Source: an uncultured Verrucomicrobiae bacterium (GTDB lineage Bacteria > Chlamydiota > Chlamydiia > Chlamydiales > Rhabdochlamydiaceae). From it: a stretch of DNA of 64,000 bases. The notes under the pieces were generated by a model. The model searched no databases and was not told where the DNA came from. It was given only the letters and a program-made list of their open reading frames with translations. A program made the translations under genes and the position numbers. The stretch covers positions 1,760,001 to 1,824,000 of the forward strand of contig OY970364.1 in the NCBI GenBank assembly GCA_963718565.1, given 5' to 3'. Below are positions 37,417 to 47,260 of the stretch, one piece after another (within the stretch, counting starts at the first letter, position 1; every line of letters begins with the position of its first letter).

Positions 37417-38048
37417 CGTAGGGCCTCTAAGTTTTCTCGTTTGATCAATTGCATCGTCACGACATACACTTTTTCATTGGGCAAGAGCTCTTTCCTCGCC
37501 AACTTGAAGTCTTGGATGATCAATTGTGATCGGCCCTCTTTGGGACCGTATGGCCAAATCGTGACTCCCTCGATCAGGCAGAGAAGTTGTTTAAGATCTT
37601 CTTCATTGAGCTCAATAGGTTGTTGCTGTTTTTCCTCAGTTTCTCGAAAAAGCTCATTGGCGCGGATCTGTTCTTCGGAAAAGCGCAGGCGATTACCCCC
37701 ATCCTTGAGCTGTTGTAGACGTTTGGCAATCTGTTCTTCTTCAGGACCTTCTAATTGAATCGTCTCGAGTTTTTTGATTTCAGGCAGTAGAAAAGTCAAT
37801 GTTTCCACGTGCTTGTCGAGATAGTGTGGATCGGGATTTTTCAAAGCGGACAAGAGAATGCTTTCCTTTTTTTGACTTTCTTGCATGACGACCATTTTTG
37901 TATGAATTCTTTCCATTTCCTTTTCGAGTTGTTCTAATTTTTGCAATCCAAAGAAGAAGTTAAAAAGAAAAATTAAAAAAGGAACAGGGGCTGCTACCAA
38001 TACAAGGCAAAGGGAAAAGGGAGAAAGCTTACAAGAGAATTTCCTCAT
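37413..38048 (-). CDS. Conserved chlamydial membrane-anchored hypothetical protein (CT647-like)
   Basis: N-terminal TM helix plus coiled coil; ATGA overlaps on both sides. Confidence 0.75.
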   Translation of the reverse strand: MRKFSCKLSPFSLCLVLVAAPVPFLIFLFNFFFGLQKLEQLEKEMERIHTKMVVMQESQKKESILLSALKNPDPHYLDKHVETLTFLLPEIKKLETIQLEGPEEEQIAKRLQQLKDGGNRLRFSEEQIRANELFRETEEKQQQPIELNEEDLKQLLCLIEGVTIWPYGPKEGRSQLIIQDFKLARKELLPNEKVYVVTMQLIKRENLEALR

Positions 38049-39466
38049 GAACCTCTCTCTTTGTTGAGTTCAAAAGAGGTCTGGTACGATTGATTGTGCG
38101 TTTGCCATTTCACTTCTTTTTTCGCATTGACGATCTGATCACCTTTAAGCAAAGCTTCATGAAAATCTCGTGCGCTCCGCGGAGTCAGCGAAGTAAATTC
38201 TAGTTCCATCTGTGCAGTATAAGGGGAAGTTGCCTCTCCGATTTTAGGGTACTTTACTAAAGTGTAATGGAGAGATTTGATGTCCATCCCCTCTTTTTGG
38301 CCGCCTTCTTCGGTTGCAAAAGAGGGATGGGCGCTGAGCCATGCCAGAACATCGCTGACCTTGGGAACAGTTGGCACAAAAGCAAAGGAATTTTTTTGTC
38401 CGCGTAAGGAATTTTCCCACTCATAGAGTTTTTCTTCCATATGGTGAATGGAAGAAAGAGGATCTTTGGATGAAAGATAACTTTGTAAATTCTCAATCAG
38501 CTTGTGTTGCTTTCTGTGGAGGACAACGGATCCTCCAATGGACATCAGCAATGCTGCTCCTAGGCATAACCCGAGATAGTGGAGCATTTTTTTCTTGCGC
38601 AATTGCCATACATGTTCTGGAGTAAATTCTTTTTGACAGAATTGAACGCTAAGCTTATCTGCAGCAAGCGCATCCAACGCACATCCGATGGGAGTGGCAT
38701 AAAGAGCTAAACCCTCTTCAGAAATTTCTAACTTGTTCCCCATAAAAATTTTGCTGATGACCTCTGTGAAATCTGCGGAATCTCCTGTCAATATCCAAGG
38801 AGTCTGATCATCCACAACCCCTTTTTGTTTGAGAAAGATGGAGAGTTTTTCAAGGTCTAAAGCGAAATTTTCTGGGTTATCGACAAGGCTGGACTGCGAA
38901 AGGACGAGGTCGTTACCTTCTAAAAGTACACAGGAAAATTTTTTGTCGCGAACATCAAAACAGAGAATCCGAAACTCTTGAGGAAATTTCCATCTGGCAA
39001 ATCGCAGAAGAGCAATGGGGTCGCATGAAACGGTATCCGGTTCGATATCCATTTCTTTCCACTTTGTGAGATGAGAAGAAAGATGCTCTTGAGTGGTGGC
39101 GATCACTGCCACAGCAGTCATCTGCTTGCTTAAAGGTTTCAAAAGGGGGCAAATGATAGGGTTCTCGCTTGAAAAAGGAAGCAAGGATTCAAGCTGGAAG
39201 GGCAATGCGTCGAGGATCTTTCGTTTGTCCCGAAGAGGCAGATGAAGTTTGCGGATAAAGACATCGGAGCTCATCAGCCCTGATGCAATCTGGATCTCTT
39301 TTCCCGTATGGAAAGGCAGAAGATTGTAAAATAGCTTTACATTGTCAGAGCCATAAGAAAATGTGTGTAAAGACTCGATGGCAATCGATTTTTTTTCTTT
39401 TTTTAAGATGGCAACTCTAAATGTTTCCTTGTCGAGAGTCAGACCAATGATAAACATAATTCCCAC
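38045..39466 (-). CDS. GspL/PilM-like protein (CT646-like)
   Basis: FIRKLHLP..KKILDALPFQLESLLPF actin-like segment, then a single TM helix and periplasmic domain. Confidence 0.7.
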   Translation of the reverse strand: MGIMFIIGLTLDKETFRVAILKKEKKSIAIESLHTFSYGSDNVKLFYNLLPFHTGKEIQIASGLMSSDVFIRKLHLPLRDKRKILDALPFQLESLLPFSSENPIICPLLKPLSKQMTAVAVIATTQEHLSSHLTKWKEMDIEPDTVSCDPIALLRFARWKFPQEFRILCFDVRDKKFSCVLLEGNDLVLSQSSLVDNPENFALDLEKLSIFLKQKGVVDDQTPWILTGDSADFTEVISKIFMGNKLEISEEGLALYATPIGCALDALAADKLSVQFCQKEFTPEHVWQLRKKKMLHYLGLCLGAALLMSIGGSVVLHRKQHKLIENLQSYLSSKDPLSSIHHMEEKLYEWENSLRGQKNSFAFVPTVPKVSDVLAWLSAHPSFATEEGGQKEGMDIKSLHYTLVKYPKIGEATSPYTAQMELEFTSLTPRSARDFHEALLKGDQIVNAKKEVKWQTHNQSYQTSFELNKERGS

Positions 39467-39572
39467 TGAAGAATAGGAGTGGGATTGTATCTTAGAAAAG
39501 TAATTCAGAAAAGACTATAAGTAAGTCCGAGTGTAAATAAAAGTGTTGAAGCGGTCCAATTTAGGGGGCCAC

Positions 39573-41588
39573 TCAAGGGCAGGAGACGTCCGCCTCTGTA
39601 AGAGTGATAGTCCCCGATGCGTTAAACGGCGCGCCAACATTTCCCACAAGAGGCGACAAAATGAATGTGCTGCCACCTGTTTCATTTAAAGAATAACCCG
39701 ACGAACTAGAATTATCAGTAAGTTGTAGCTGAAGTGTAGAGGAGGCATCCGATGTTGATAAAACGCCAAAAGAAGCGGCGTTAGTTATCGTATTGTTCTC
39801 TACATTCGCTGAAACCAAAGCACTAAATAAGCTGTCCACAGTTATTCCTACGAACAGTGCTTGATTAATTTGATTTTCAGAAATTGTACCACATACATTA
39901 GTTCCTGAAAAACCTCCTGAAAGATTAATTCCATTATCGCAATTGATGATCAAATTATTTTGGATACTAGCATTAGTATTAGCTCCGAGAGTCTGCGAGT
40001 CAACAGTAATCCCAAAACCATTGTTCACAACGGTATTTTGCACAAGATTATTTGTAACAACAATGGAAGAAGTCACAGGAAGGGTAAAATTAAAAATACT
40101 AATGCCGTTGATTAAACCGGCCATAGTTCCATTTGTTGTTACTGTGTCGATGATGTTATTTTCAATCATCAAATTTCCCTGGCAATTATGCAGAGAAATC
40201 GCTCCGCTGATCACCGCGCAATTGGTGAAGATATTGTTGTGAATATAAGTATTAGTAATTCCTAAAAAAGTGGGAAGAACCGAGGGATCGCCGCCATTAA
40301 TTCCATTCCCGCCATTCGTATTGGAAATGTAGAGACCTGAAACTTCACAATCATTGCCTAAATTGACGCCGGATGTATTGAGGATTGCATTTGTGATGTT
40401 GGGAAAGGTTTTGCTTTGGGCGGGCACTGTAATCGAACCTTGCGTCGTTGGGAATACTTGGCTGATCCCTGATCCGAAAAGCTTTTGCCCGTCCTGCAAT
40501 ACAATGCCCGCATCCATCCCTTGGGTTGTGCCATTCCCCGGAAATACATAAATGGCATCCCATGGAGAGGAGGCATTCTGGGCCTGAACCAGTGTCGGGA
40601 AGGGACTTTCAATGCTTCCAGCAGAGCTGCTCGTATTGTCTACGAACCACACTTGCCAAGGGTTGCCTGTTGCAGGATTGATCGCTTTTTCCCTTCTTGT
40701 CACTTTTTTTACCACTGGAATTTCAAAGCGATAAGGGGCAAATGCAGCACGTGAAAGAGCAAGATTGGTTTGGGATGAGCACTCTTTTCCTCGGCTTTGC
40801 AACCTTTTTCCAAAAGGAAAGTTAAAAGCAATTGTCCCTTGTACAACGCTGCGGAAAAGATGGTCATAAGAATAAGAAGCTTCTAAAGCAATGTACTCTT
40901 TATAACGGCCGAGCAGACGTGTTTTGCCTCCCCAGGAGGAAGCATGCGGAGAAGAAAAATAATAGGGGCCAACTCCTGCATAGAGATCATATTTTGTACT
41001 TTGTGTGAGATGAGCACCCACTTCCGCATCTCCTCCAATCATCACATCTCTCTGCTTAGCCTTTAAGATAACGTGATGTCCCTTAAAACTGTCGAAATCA
41101 AAATGGTACTTGTGACTTTTCTGATTACCAATGGGGAAATACCCATTCATACGGTATTCCATGCGGTTACCGAGTAATTCGATGCCAGGGCTCAATTGTT
41201 GAGGAGTCAGATGATGCCTGTCTTGGCGCACATCGTAATAGAGATAATAGCCTAACACGTGGCCAATCGAACAGAGAAGGGAGCGGCCGCCCACTCCAAC
41301 ATTTCCACCAAACTTGCCGTTATCAAAAACATGTCCGCGCAGATCGATAAAAGGCATGAAAGAGGTATTGGCATTGTAAATACCGAATCCTTCTAACGTG
41401 GTATACCCCTCTTGATATCCTACTCCTCTTGCTTCCGTATGTCGTAGCCCCGCATGCATGACGTGAAATTGTTTTTTATTTTCTGGGGAAGGATTGCTCT
41501 TTGGAGATGTTGGCTTTTTTTTCGGCTCATCAACGAAGGCTTGATTGCATAACAATGAAGAGAGAAGAAGAAGTGAATAAAATTTCAT
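39573..41588 (-). CDS. Inverse-autotransporter (invasin-type beta-barrel) protein with beta-helix passenger, copy 1
   Basis: Signal peptide; PFIDLRGH, GNVGVGGR, YYDVR, RMNGYFP; WFVDN..GSIESPF.TL..A linker; Asn-rich repeats. Confidence 0.8.
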   Translation of the reverse strand: MKFYSLLLLSSLLCNQAFVDEPKKKPTSPKSNPSPENKKQFHVMHAGLRHTEARGVGYQEGYTTLEGFGIYNANTSFMPFIDLRGHVFDNGKFGGNVGVGGRSLLCSIGHVLGYYLYYDVRQDRHHLTPQQLSPGIELLGNRMEYRMNGYFPIGNQKSHKYHFDFDSFKGHHVILKAKQRDVMIGGDAEVGAHLTQSTKYDLYAGVGPYYFSSPHASSWGGKTRLLGRYKEYIALEASYSYDHLFRSVVQGTIAFNFPFGKRLQSRGKECSSQTNLALSRAAFAPYRFEIPVVKKVTRREKAINPATGNPWQVWFVDNTSSSAGSIESPFPTLVQAQNASSPWDAIYVFPGNGTTQGMDAGIVLQDGQKLFGSGISQVFPTTQGSITVPAQSKTFPNITNAILNTSGVNLGNDCEVSGLYISNTNGGNGINGGDPSVLPTFLGITNTYIHNNIFTNCAVISGAISLHNCQGNLMIENNIIDTVTTNGTMAGLINGISIFNFTLPVTSSIVVTNNLVQNTVVNNGFGITVDSQTLGANTNASIQNNLIINCDNGINLSGGFSGTNVCGTISENQINQALFVGITVDSLFSALVSANVENNTITNAASFGVLSTSDASSTLQLQLTDNSSSSGYSLNETGGSTFILSPLVGNVGAPFNASGTITLTEADVSCP

Positions 41589-41680
41589 AAATCCCCATGG
41601 CGTGTGGAATGCTCGAAAAATGTAAAAGTAAATCTTTTATTTGTTTTCTGGCAAGATCATTCCGTTTTAAAAATGTGAAT

Positions 41681-41696
41681 CAGGCCTTAAGGCCTG
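41681..41696 (-). terminator. Hairpin after copy 2
   Basis: caggccttaaggcctg immediately downstream of the stop at 41700. Confidence 0.4.
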
Positions 41697-41699
41697 GGT

Positions 41700-43784
41700 T
41701 CATTGTCCAGGGCAGGATACGTCCGTCTCTGTTAGAGTAATAGTCCCCGCTATGTTAAACGGTGCTCCAACATTTCCCACAAGAGCTGACAAGATGAATT
41801 CACTGGATCCTGTTTGAATTAAAGAATACCCTGACGAACTAGAATTATCAGTAAGTTGTACATGGAGTGTAGAGGAACTATTCGATATTGCTAAAACGCC
41901 AGAAACAGCTGCGTTAGTTATCGTATTGTTCTCTACATTTGCTGAAACCAAAGAACTTAATGTGCTTACCATATTTACTCCTGCAGACAGCGCTTGATTA
42001 ATTTGATTTCCAGAAATTGTAGCACATATATTAGTTCCTGTATTACTTGCGAAAATATGAATTCCGTTAACACAATTAGTGATCAAATTATTTTGGATAC
42101 TAGCATTAATATTATCTCCGAGACCCTGCGAATCAACAGCAATCCCAGCACCTCCATGCCCATTCGCAGCGGTATTTTGCACAATATTATTTGTAATAAC
42201 AACGGAAGAAGTCACAGGAAGGTGAAAATTAAAAATATTAATGCCGCTGATTAAACCGCCTAGGCTTCCAATTGTTACTGTGTCGATGGTGTTATTTTCA
42301 ATCATCAAATTTCCCTGGCAATTATGCAGAGAAATCGCTCCATTGGTCACCGTACAGTTGGTGAAGATATTGTCGTGAATATAAGTATTAGTGATTCCTA
42401 AAAAAGTGGGAAGAACCGAGGGATCGCCGCCATTAATTCCATTCCCGCCATTCGTATTGGAAATGTAGAGACCTGAAACTTCACAATCATTGCCTAAATT
42501 GACGCCGGATGTATTGAGAATTGCATTTGTGATGTTGGGAAAGGTTTTGCTTTGGGCGGGCACTGTAATCGAACCTTGCGTCGTTGGGAATACTTGGCTG
42601 ATCCCTGATCCGAAAAGCTTTTGCCCGTCCTGCAATACAATGCCCGCATCCATCCCTTGAGTTGTGCCATTCCCCGGAAATACATAAATGGCATCCCATG
42701 GAGAGGAGGCATTCTGGGCCTGAACCAGTGTCGGGAAGGGACTTTCAATGCTTCCAGCAGAGCTGCTCGTATTGTCTACGAACCACACTTGCCAAGGATT
42801 GCCCGTTGCAGGATTGATCGCTTTTTCCCTTCTTGTCACTTTTTTTACCACTGGAATTTCAAAGCGATAAGGGGCAAATGCAGCACGTGAAAGAGCAAGA
42901 TTGGTTTGGGATGAGCACTCTTTCCCTCGGCTTTGCAACCTTTTTCCAAAAGGAAAGTTAAAAGCAATTGTCCCTTGTACAACGCTGCGGAAAAGATGGT
43001 CATAAGAATAAGAAGCTTCTAAAGCAATGTACTCTTTATAACGGCCGAGCAGACGTGTTTTGCCTCCCCAAGAGGAAGCATGCGGAGAAGAAAAATAATA
43101 GGGGCCAACCCCTGCATAGAGATCATATTTTGTACTTTGTGTGAGATGAGCACCCACTTCCGCATCTCCTCCAATCATCACATCTCTCTGCTTAGCCTTT
43201 AAGATAACGTGATGTCCCTTAAAACTGTCGAAATCAAAATGGTACTTGTGACTTTTCTGATTACCAATGGGGAAATACCCATTCATACGGTATTCCATGC
43301 GGTTACCGAGTAATTCGATGCCAGGGCTCAATTGTTGAGGAGTCAGATGATGCCTGTCTTGGCGCACATCGTAATAGAGATAATAGCCTAACACGTGGCC
43401 AATCGAACAGAGAAGGGAGCGGCCGCCCACTCCAACATTTCCACCAAACTTGCCGTTATCAAAAACATGTCCGCGCAGATCGATAAAAGGCATGAAAGAG
43501 GTATTGGCATTGTAAATACCGAATCCTTCTAACGTGGTATACCCCTCTTGATATCCTACTCCTCTTGCTTCCGTATGTCGTAGCCCCGCATGCATGACGT
43601 GAAATTGTTTTTTATTTTCTGGGGAAGGATTGCTCTTTGGAGATGTTGGCTTTTTTTTCGGCTCATCAACATGTCCGAGCAGATCGGTAAAAGGCATGAA
43701 AGAGATATTGGCATTGTAAATACCGAAAACGAATGCCTGATTGCATAAAAATGAAGAGAGAAGAAGAAGTGAATAAAATTTCAT
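41700..43784 (-). CDS. Inverse-autotransporter protein with beta-helix passenger, copy 2 (tandem paralog)
   Basis: About 430 aa identical to copy 1, divergent C-terminus, 20-aa insert near the N-terminus. Confidence 0.8.
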   Translation of the reverse strand: MKFYSLLLLSSFLCNQAFVFGIYNANISFMPFTDLLGHVDEPKKKPTSPKSNPSPENKKQFHVMHAGLRHTEARGVGYQEGYTTLEGFGIYNANTSFMPFIDLRGHVFDNGKFGGNVGVGGRSLLCSIGHVLGYYLYYDVRQDRHHLTPQQLSPGIELLGNRMEYRMNGYFPIGNQKSHKYHFDFDSFKGHHVILKAKQRDVMIGGDAEVGAHLTQSTKYDLYAGVGPYYFSSPHASSWGGKTRLLGRYKEYIALEASYSYDHLFRSVVQGTIAFNFPFGKRLQSRGKECSSQTNLALSRAAFAPYRFEIPVVKKVTRREKAINPATGNPWQVWFVDNTSSSAGSIESPFPTLVQAQNASSPWDAIYVFPGNGTTQGMDAGIVLQDGQKLFGSGISQVFPTTQGSITVPAQSKTFPNITNAILNTSGVNLGNDCEVSGLYISNTNGGNGINGGDPSVLPTFLGITNTYIHDNIFTNCTVTNGAISLHNCQGNLMIENNTIDTVTIGSLGGLISGINIFNFHLPVTSSVVITNNIVQNTAANGHGGAGIAVDSQGLGDNINASIQNNLITNCVNGIHIFASNTGTNICATISGNQINQALSAGVNMVSTLSSLVSANVENNTITNAAVSGVLAISNSSSTLHVQLTDNSSSSGYSLIQTGSSEFILSALVGNVGAPFNIAGTITLTETDVSCPGQ

Positions 43785-43894
43785 AATCCCTCTAGCGCAT
43801 GCTATGCTCGAAAACTATAAAAGTAAATTTTTATTTATTTTCCAGCAAGATAATTCCGTAATTTTCAATTGCATCTACTCTCTGAAAGAAGGTA

Positions 43895-44067
43895 TACTGC
43901 GCCCAGTCTAAAAATGTGAATTTATGGGGCCATTATAACAGCCCATCTTCGAACGATCGCTTCTCGGAGGTATTATTTAATACCTCCTCGTCACGAACGC
44001 TTTGCTTCGTTCAAACTTGGACTGTTCTAAGACCTCCTAAATTCACATTTTTAGACTGGGCGCAGTA
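43895..44067. mobile_element. MITE-like element, C-type ends (173 bp)
   Basis: Perfect 30-bp TIR tactgcgcccagtctaaaaatgtgaattta, TA flanks, central ggaggtatta-tt-taatacctcc hairpin. Confidence 0.9.
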
Positions 44068-44102
44068 TAAAATGTCCATAAACATCATCGAAATGGGTTC
44101 TC

Positions 44103-44363
44103 ATGCTGCTTTTTTTAGGAAACATCATTCATTGGATTTTTCTAATCTATACTCTTTTTTTATTAGTGCGCATTATCGGCTCTTGGTTCCCTGCGTTTGC
44201 TCAACATAAGTTGATGCGCTTTGTCGCTTTTTACACGGATCCCTATCTGAATGTGTTCCGCCGTTTTATTCCGCCCATTGGGGGAGTATTAGATCTTAGC
44301 CCCTTATTAGGCTTTTTTGCGCTTCAAATTATGGAAAATTTAATTTTATTCCTTCTTCTTTAA
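44103..44363 (+). CDS. yggT: YggT-family membrane protein
   Basis: RIIGSWFP, TDPYLNVFRRFIPPIGGVLDLSP. Confidence 0.9.
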   Translation: MLLFLGNIIHWIFLIYTLFLLVRIIGSWFPAFAQHKLMRFVAFYTDPYLNVFRRFIPPIGGVLDLSPLLGFFALQIMENLILFLLL

Positions 44364-44385
44364 AAATTTTTTATACCACTCCATC

Positions 44386-45690
44386 GTGTTAAAACGCCCT
44401 TTCCAACTCGGTTCTTTGCGATTACCCTCTAACATCTTTTGTGCTCCTTTGGCTGGATGTTCTGATTTGCCCTTTCGTAGAATGACCGCAAAATATCGTC
44501 CGGGTCTTATCTTCTGCGAGATGGTCAAGATGGAACCTTTGATTCGCCAGGATCCCAACACTTACCGCATGCTTGACTACGAGCCTTCTATGCACCCGAT
44601 CGGCGGTCAGATTTGTGGAAGCAAACCTGAAATTGCAGGCGAGTGTGCAAAAATCATTGAGGACCTGGGCTTTGATGTCGTGGACTTGAATTGCGGATGT
44701 CCGGTCGATAAAGTCACCAAGGATGGGAGCGGTTCGGGAATGCTGAAGACGTTGGATCTGATTGGTGAAGTATTGTCTAAAATGGTTGCAGCTGTAAAAA
44801 TTCCTGTGACAGTAAAAATCCGTGCTGGTTGGGATTCCAGTCACATTGTGGGGCCGCAGGTCACACGTATCGCCGAAGAAGCAGGTGCTTCCGCAATCTG
44901 TATTCATGGACGCACGCGGGCTCAAGGGTATAAGGGTCCGGCGAACTGGGATTTTATCCGTGAATGTAAAATGGCGGCAAAGCGTATCCCCGTGATTGGC
45001 AACGGCGATGCATTCGATGGGGGAAGCGCGAAAAAATTGTTCGAATATACCCATTGCGACGCGATTTTGCTGGCACGCGGGACGATGGGCAAACCATGGC
45101 TAGTTGAAGATATTTATCGTTATCTCTCTGATGAAGCTCCGATTGAGCGCACTGGAATGGACTATCGCGATACTCTTTTAGAACATTTAGATCACATTAT
45201 TTCTTACCAAAACGAACGGCGATCCCTTCTGGATGCGCGCAGGATCGGCTGCTGGTTTTTGCGCGGCGGTAAAGGGATGCGCCATCTTCGGGAATCTCTC
45301 AATCGCTCAAGCTCTGCGCTAGAAGTTCGGAAAATGATCTGCGATTACCCCTGGCATGAAATCGATCTCATAGAAGAACAAAAGGAAGAAGAAGCTTGCG
45401 AGGTGGAAAGTTTGTTAGAATTATCAGCAATTGTCACAGGGAATGTGCAAGGAGTGGGATTTCGCGCCACTGCAAAGTTGCTTGCCGATCGCTTAAAGTT
45501 AACAGGCTTTGTTCGCAATCTTCCCGATGGCAATGTCGAAATTTGCGCTCAAGGCAGAAAATTTCAGCTAGAAAAACTTCTCTCAGAACTCAAACAAGAG
45601 TTCCCTTCTCGTTATATCGATGAAATTGTTTGTGACTTTCACCCAGCGACCACTGTCTATTCTGGCTTCCGAATTATGGGGAGTCTTTAG
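44386..45690 (+). CDS. dusB: tRNA-dihydrouridine synthase B fused to a C-terminal acylphosphatase
   Basis: APLAG, DLNCGCP, VTVKIRAGW, HGRT, IGNGD; then GNVQGVGFR and GFVRNLPDGNVE (45403-45690). Confidence 0.9.
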   Translation: MLKRPFQLGSLRLPSNIFCAPLAGCSDLPFRRMTAKYRPGLIFCEMVKMEPLIRQDPNTYRMLDYEPSMHPIGGQICGSKPEIAGECAKIIEDLGFDVVDLNCGCPVDKVTKDGSGSGMLKTLDLIGEVLSKMVAAVKIPVTVKIRAGWDSSHIVGPQVTRIAEEAGASAICIHGRTRAQGYKGPANWDFIRECKMAAKRIPVIGNGDAFDGGSAKKLFEYTHCDAILLARGTMGKPWLVEDIYRYLSDEAPIERTGMDYRDTLLEHLDHIISYQNERRSLLDARRIGCWFLRGGKGMRHLRESLNRSSSALEVRKMICDYPWHEIDLIEEQKEEEACEVESLLELSAIVTGNVQGVGFRATAKLLADRLKLTGFVRNLPDGNVEICAQGRKFQLEKLLSELKQEFPSRYIDEIVCDFHPATTVYSGFRIMGSL

Positions 45691-46180
45691 TTAAGTCTTC
45701 GAGCATGCGTTTTTCAAAAATCAACAAGAGGCGGGTGATTTCGGGATCCGAATCGCCAAAAGTGCGTTCATGAGAGGTTTTTAAGCGCTTTTTCTTGATT
45801 TTCTTTTTAGAGAGAAAATGCAGGAATTCATCGATGGTCATTGTTTGTGCTCGATGCTGATGGCAGCGCCCTGAGAGTTCGCGGTCGTTTGTGACGACCG
45901 TGAGTTGAGCAGGCGATTGTGAAAGAGTGACCTCTTCGTAAATATATTCATCGGCAGTTTGAGCTTTGGAAGTATAAACAATTTCAGTGGCATCGTAATG
46001 TCCTCTTGTCGGCAAAGGAAGATGTTCTTCTGCCCCATCAAAGACGAGAGTGACATGGAGGTTGAGCTCGGCAACAGCCGTATTGAGCTCTTCGATTAAG
46101 GATTGGCGACTTTTTTCAAGCGAACTGCGTTTTTTTAAAGTTCGGAAGAGGAGATTGTAAGCATCAACGAGGTAATGCAT
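45674..46180 (-). CDS. NYN-domain (YacP-like) ribonuclease
   Basis: LVDAYNL, LVFDG, TADEYI, VVTNDREL. Confidence 0.88.
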   Translation of the reverse strand: MHYLVDAYNLLFRTLKKRSSLEKSRQSLIEELNTAVAELNLHVTLVFDGAEEHLPLPTRGHYDATEIVYTSKAQTADEYIYEEVTLSQSPAQLTVVTNDRELSGRCHQHRAQTMTIDEFLHFLSKKKIKKKRLKTSHERTFGDSDPEITRLLLIFEKRMLEDLTKDSP

Positions 46181-46784
46181 CGCTATTTTCTTGCAGAATG
46201 GCTTCTAGCACAGGAAGAATTTTATCAATAGCTTTACGTCGATGAGAGATGCGATTTTTAGTTTCTTCTTCGAGTTCAGCAAATGTTTTTCCATATTCGT
46301 GCTTGATAAAGATCGCATCATAGCCAAAACCGAGGCTGCCGCGCTCTTGTTCTGTAATCATGCCTTCGGAGACACCCTTGGAAGTTTTTTTGAGGCCTTC
46401 AGGTGATGCGAGGGCAATCCAGCATTCAAAGTATCCTTGCCGATGAGGTCCTTGAATGTGCTGCATTTCGGCAAGAAGCTTTTGGCGGTTTTCTTTGTCT
46501 GTCGCATTCTCCCCTGCGTAACGACGTGAATGTACTCCGGGAGCGCCTTTTAAAGCAGGGATGATAAGCCCTGAATCATCGGCAATGACCCAGCGTCTCA
46601 AATGTTGGGCAGCATGGGTCGCTTTTAAAATAGCATTTTCTTCAAAGGAGTTGCCTGTCTCAGGAACTGGGACATATTTGGGAAAATCGTTCAGGCTGAA
46701 AAGATCAAACGCGCTGATCTTTTTTAAAATAGAACGAAATTCTCTGATTTTGTGGATATTGCGGCTGGCGATGACGAGTTCCAT
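46164..46784 (-). CDS. rdgB: Non-canonical purine NTP pyrophosphatase
   Basis: SRNIHKIRE, ADDSGL, APGVHSRRYAG, GFGYD, SHRRKA. Confidence 0.95.
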   Translation of the reverse strand: MELVIASRNIHKIREFRSILKKISAFDLFSLNDFPKYVPVPETGNSFEENAILKATHAAQHLRRWVIADDSGLIIPALKGAPGVHSRRYAGENATDKENRQKLLAEMQHIQGPHRQGYFECWIALASPEGLKKTSKGVSEGMITEQERGSLGFGYDAIFIKHEYGKTFAELEEETKNRISHRRKAIDKILPVLEAILQENSDALPR

Positions 46785-46801
46785 GAGTCTATCTCATTAT
46801 T

Positions 46802-46821
46802 GAGGGAATTGCAATTCCCTC
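46802..46821. repeat. Family A minimal footprint
   Basis: TATT-gagggaattgcaattccctc-TATT. Confidence 0.85.
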
Positions 46822-46929
46822 TATTTGATAATGAAAATAGCGGAAAGCAATAAATATTGTATATCCAAACACTTGAAAAGTTGGGAATTTCCGTTACTTA
46901 TACGTCAAAGATATTATATCGTATGTGGA

Positions 46930-47135
46930 GACAACATGTACAACCCGCCTATGGATGGATCAAAAAAGGGGTTCGTAAAGAGATCCCAGCTAACACAGGC
47001 CGTTCAAGACTCAACCTTTCAGGGGCCATCGATGTTGTCTCTCACAATGTGGTAATCCAGGAAGACCAAACTTTAAATGCAGAATCTACGATCCGTTTTT
47101 TTCAAAAGATCGAGGAAGCCTATCCATGTAAAAGG
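46930..47135 (+). pseudogene. IS630-family transposase fragment
   Basis: YGWIKKG..IPANTGRSRLNLSGAID..NAESTIRFFQKIEEAYP resembles an IS630 DDE-domain segment; boundaries approximate. Confidence 0.7.
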
Positions 47136-47145
47136 CGCAGGTTTT

Positions 47146-47205
47146 GTACGTCCTTAAAAACTCATGGCAAAAGTTGAAGACCATTTTGATCCATGCCTGA
47201 TTGAG
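47146..47205 (+). repeat. Family B partial copy
   Basis: gtacgtccttaaaaactcatggcaaaagttgaagaccattttgatccatgcctgattgag. Confidence 0.9.
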
Positions 47206-47260
47206 GGCGTTACAGGGGGCTAAAAAACCAATTTTTGAAGTTTCTTCAGTATACTGACTC

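Noticed and set aside
39573..43784. Diversity-generating retroelement template/variable repeat pair
   Set aside because: Differences include C/T changes on the coding strand and indels, not only adenines; both copies are full genes; no reverse transcriptase is in the window.
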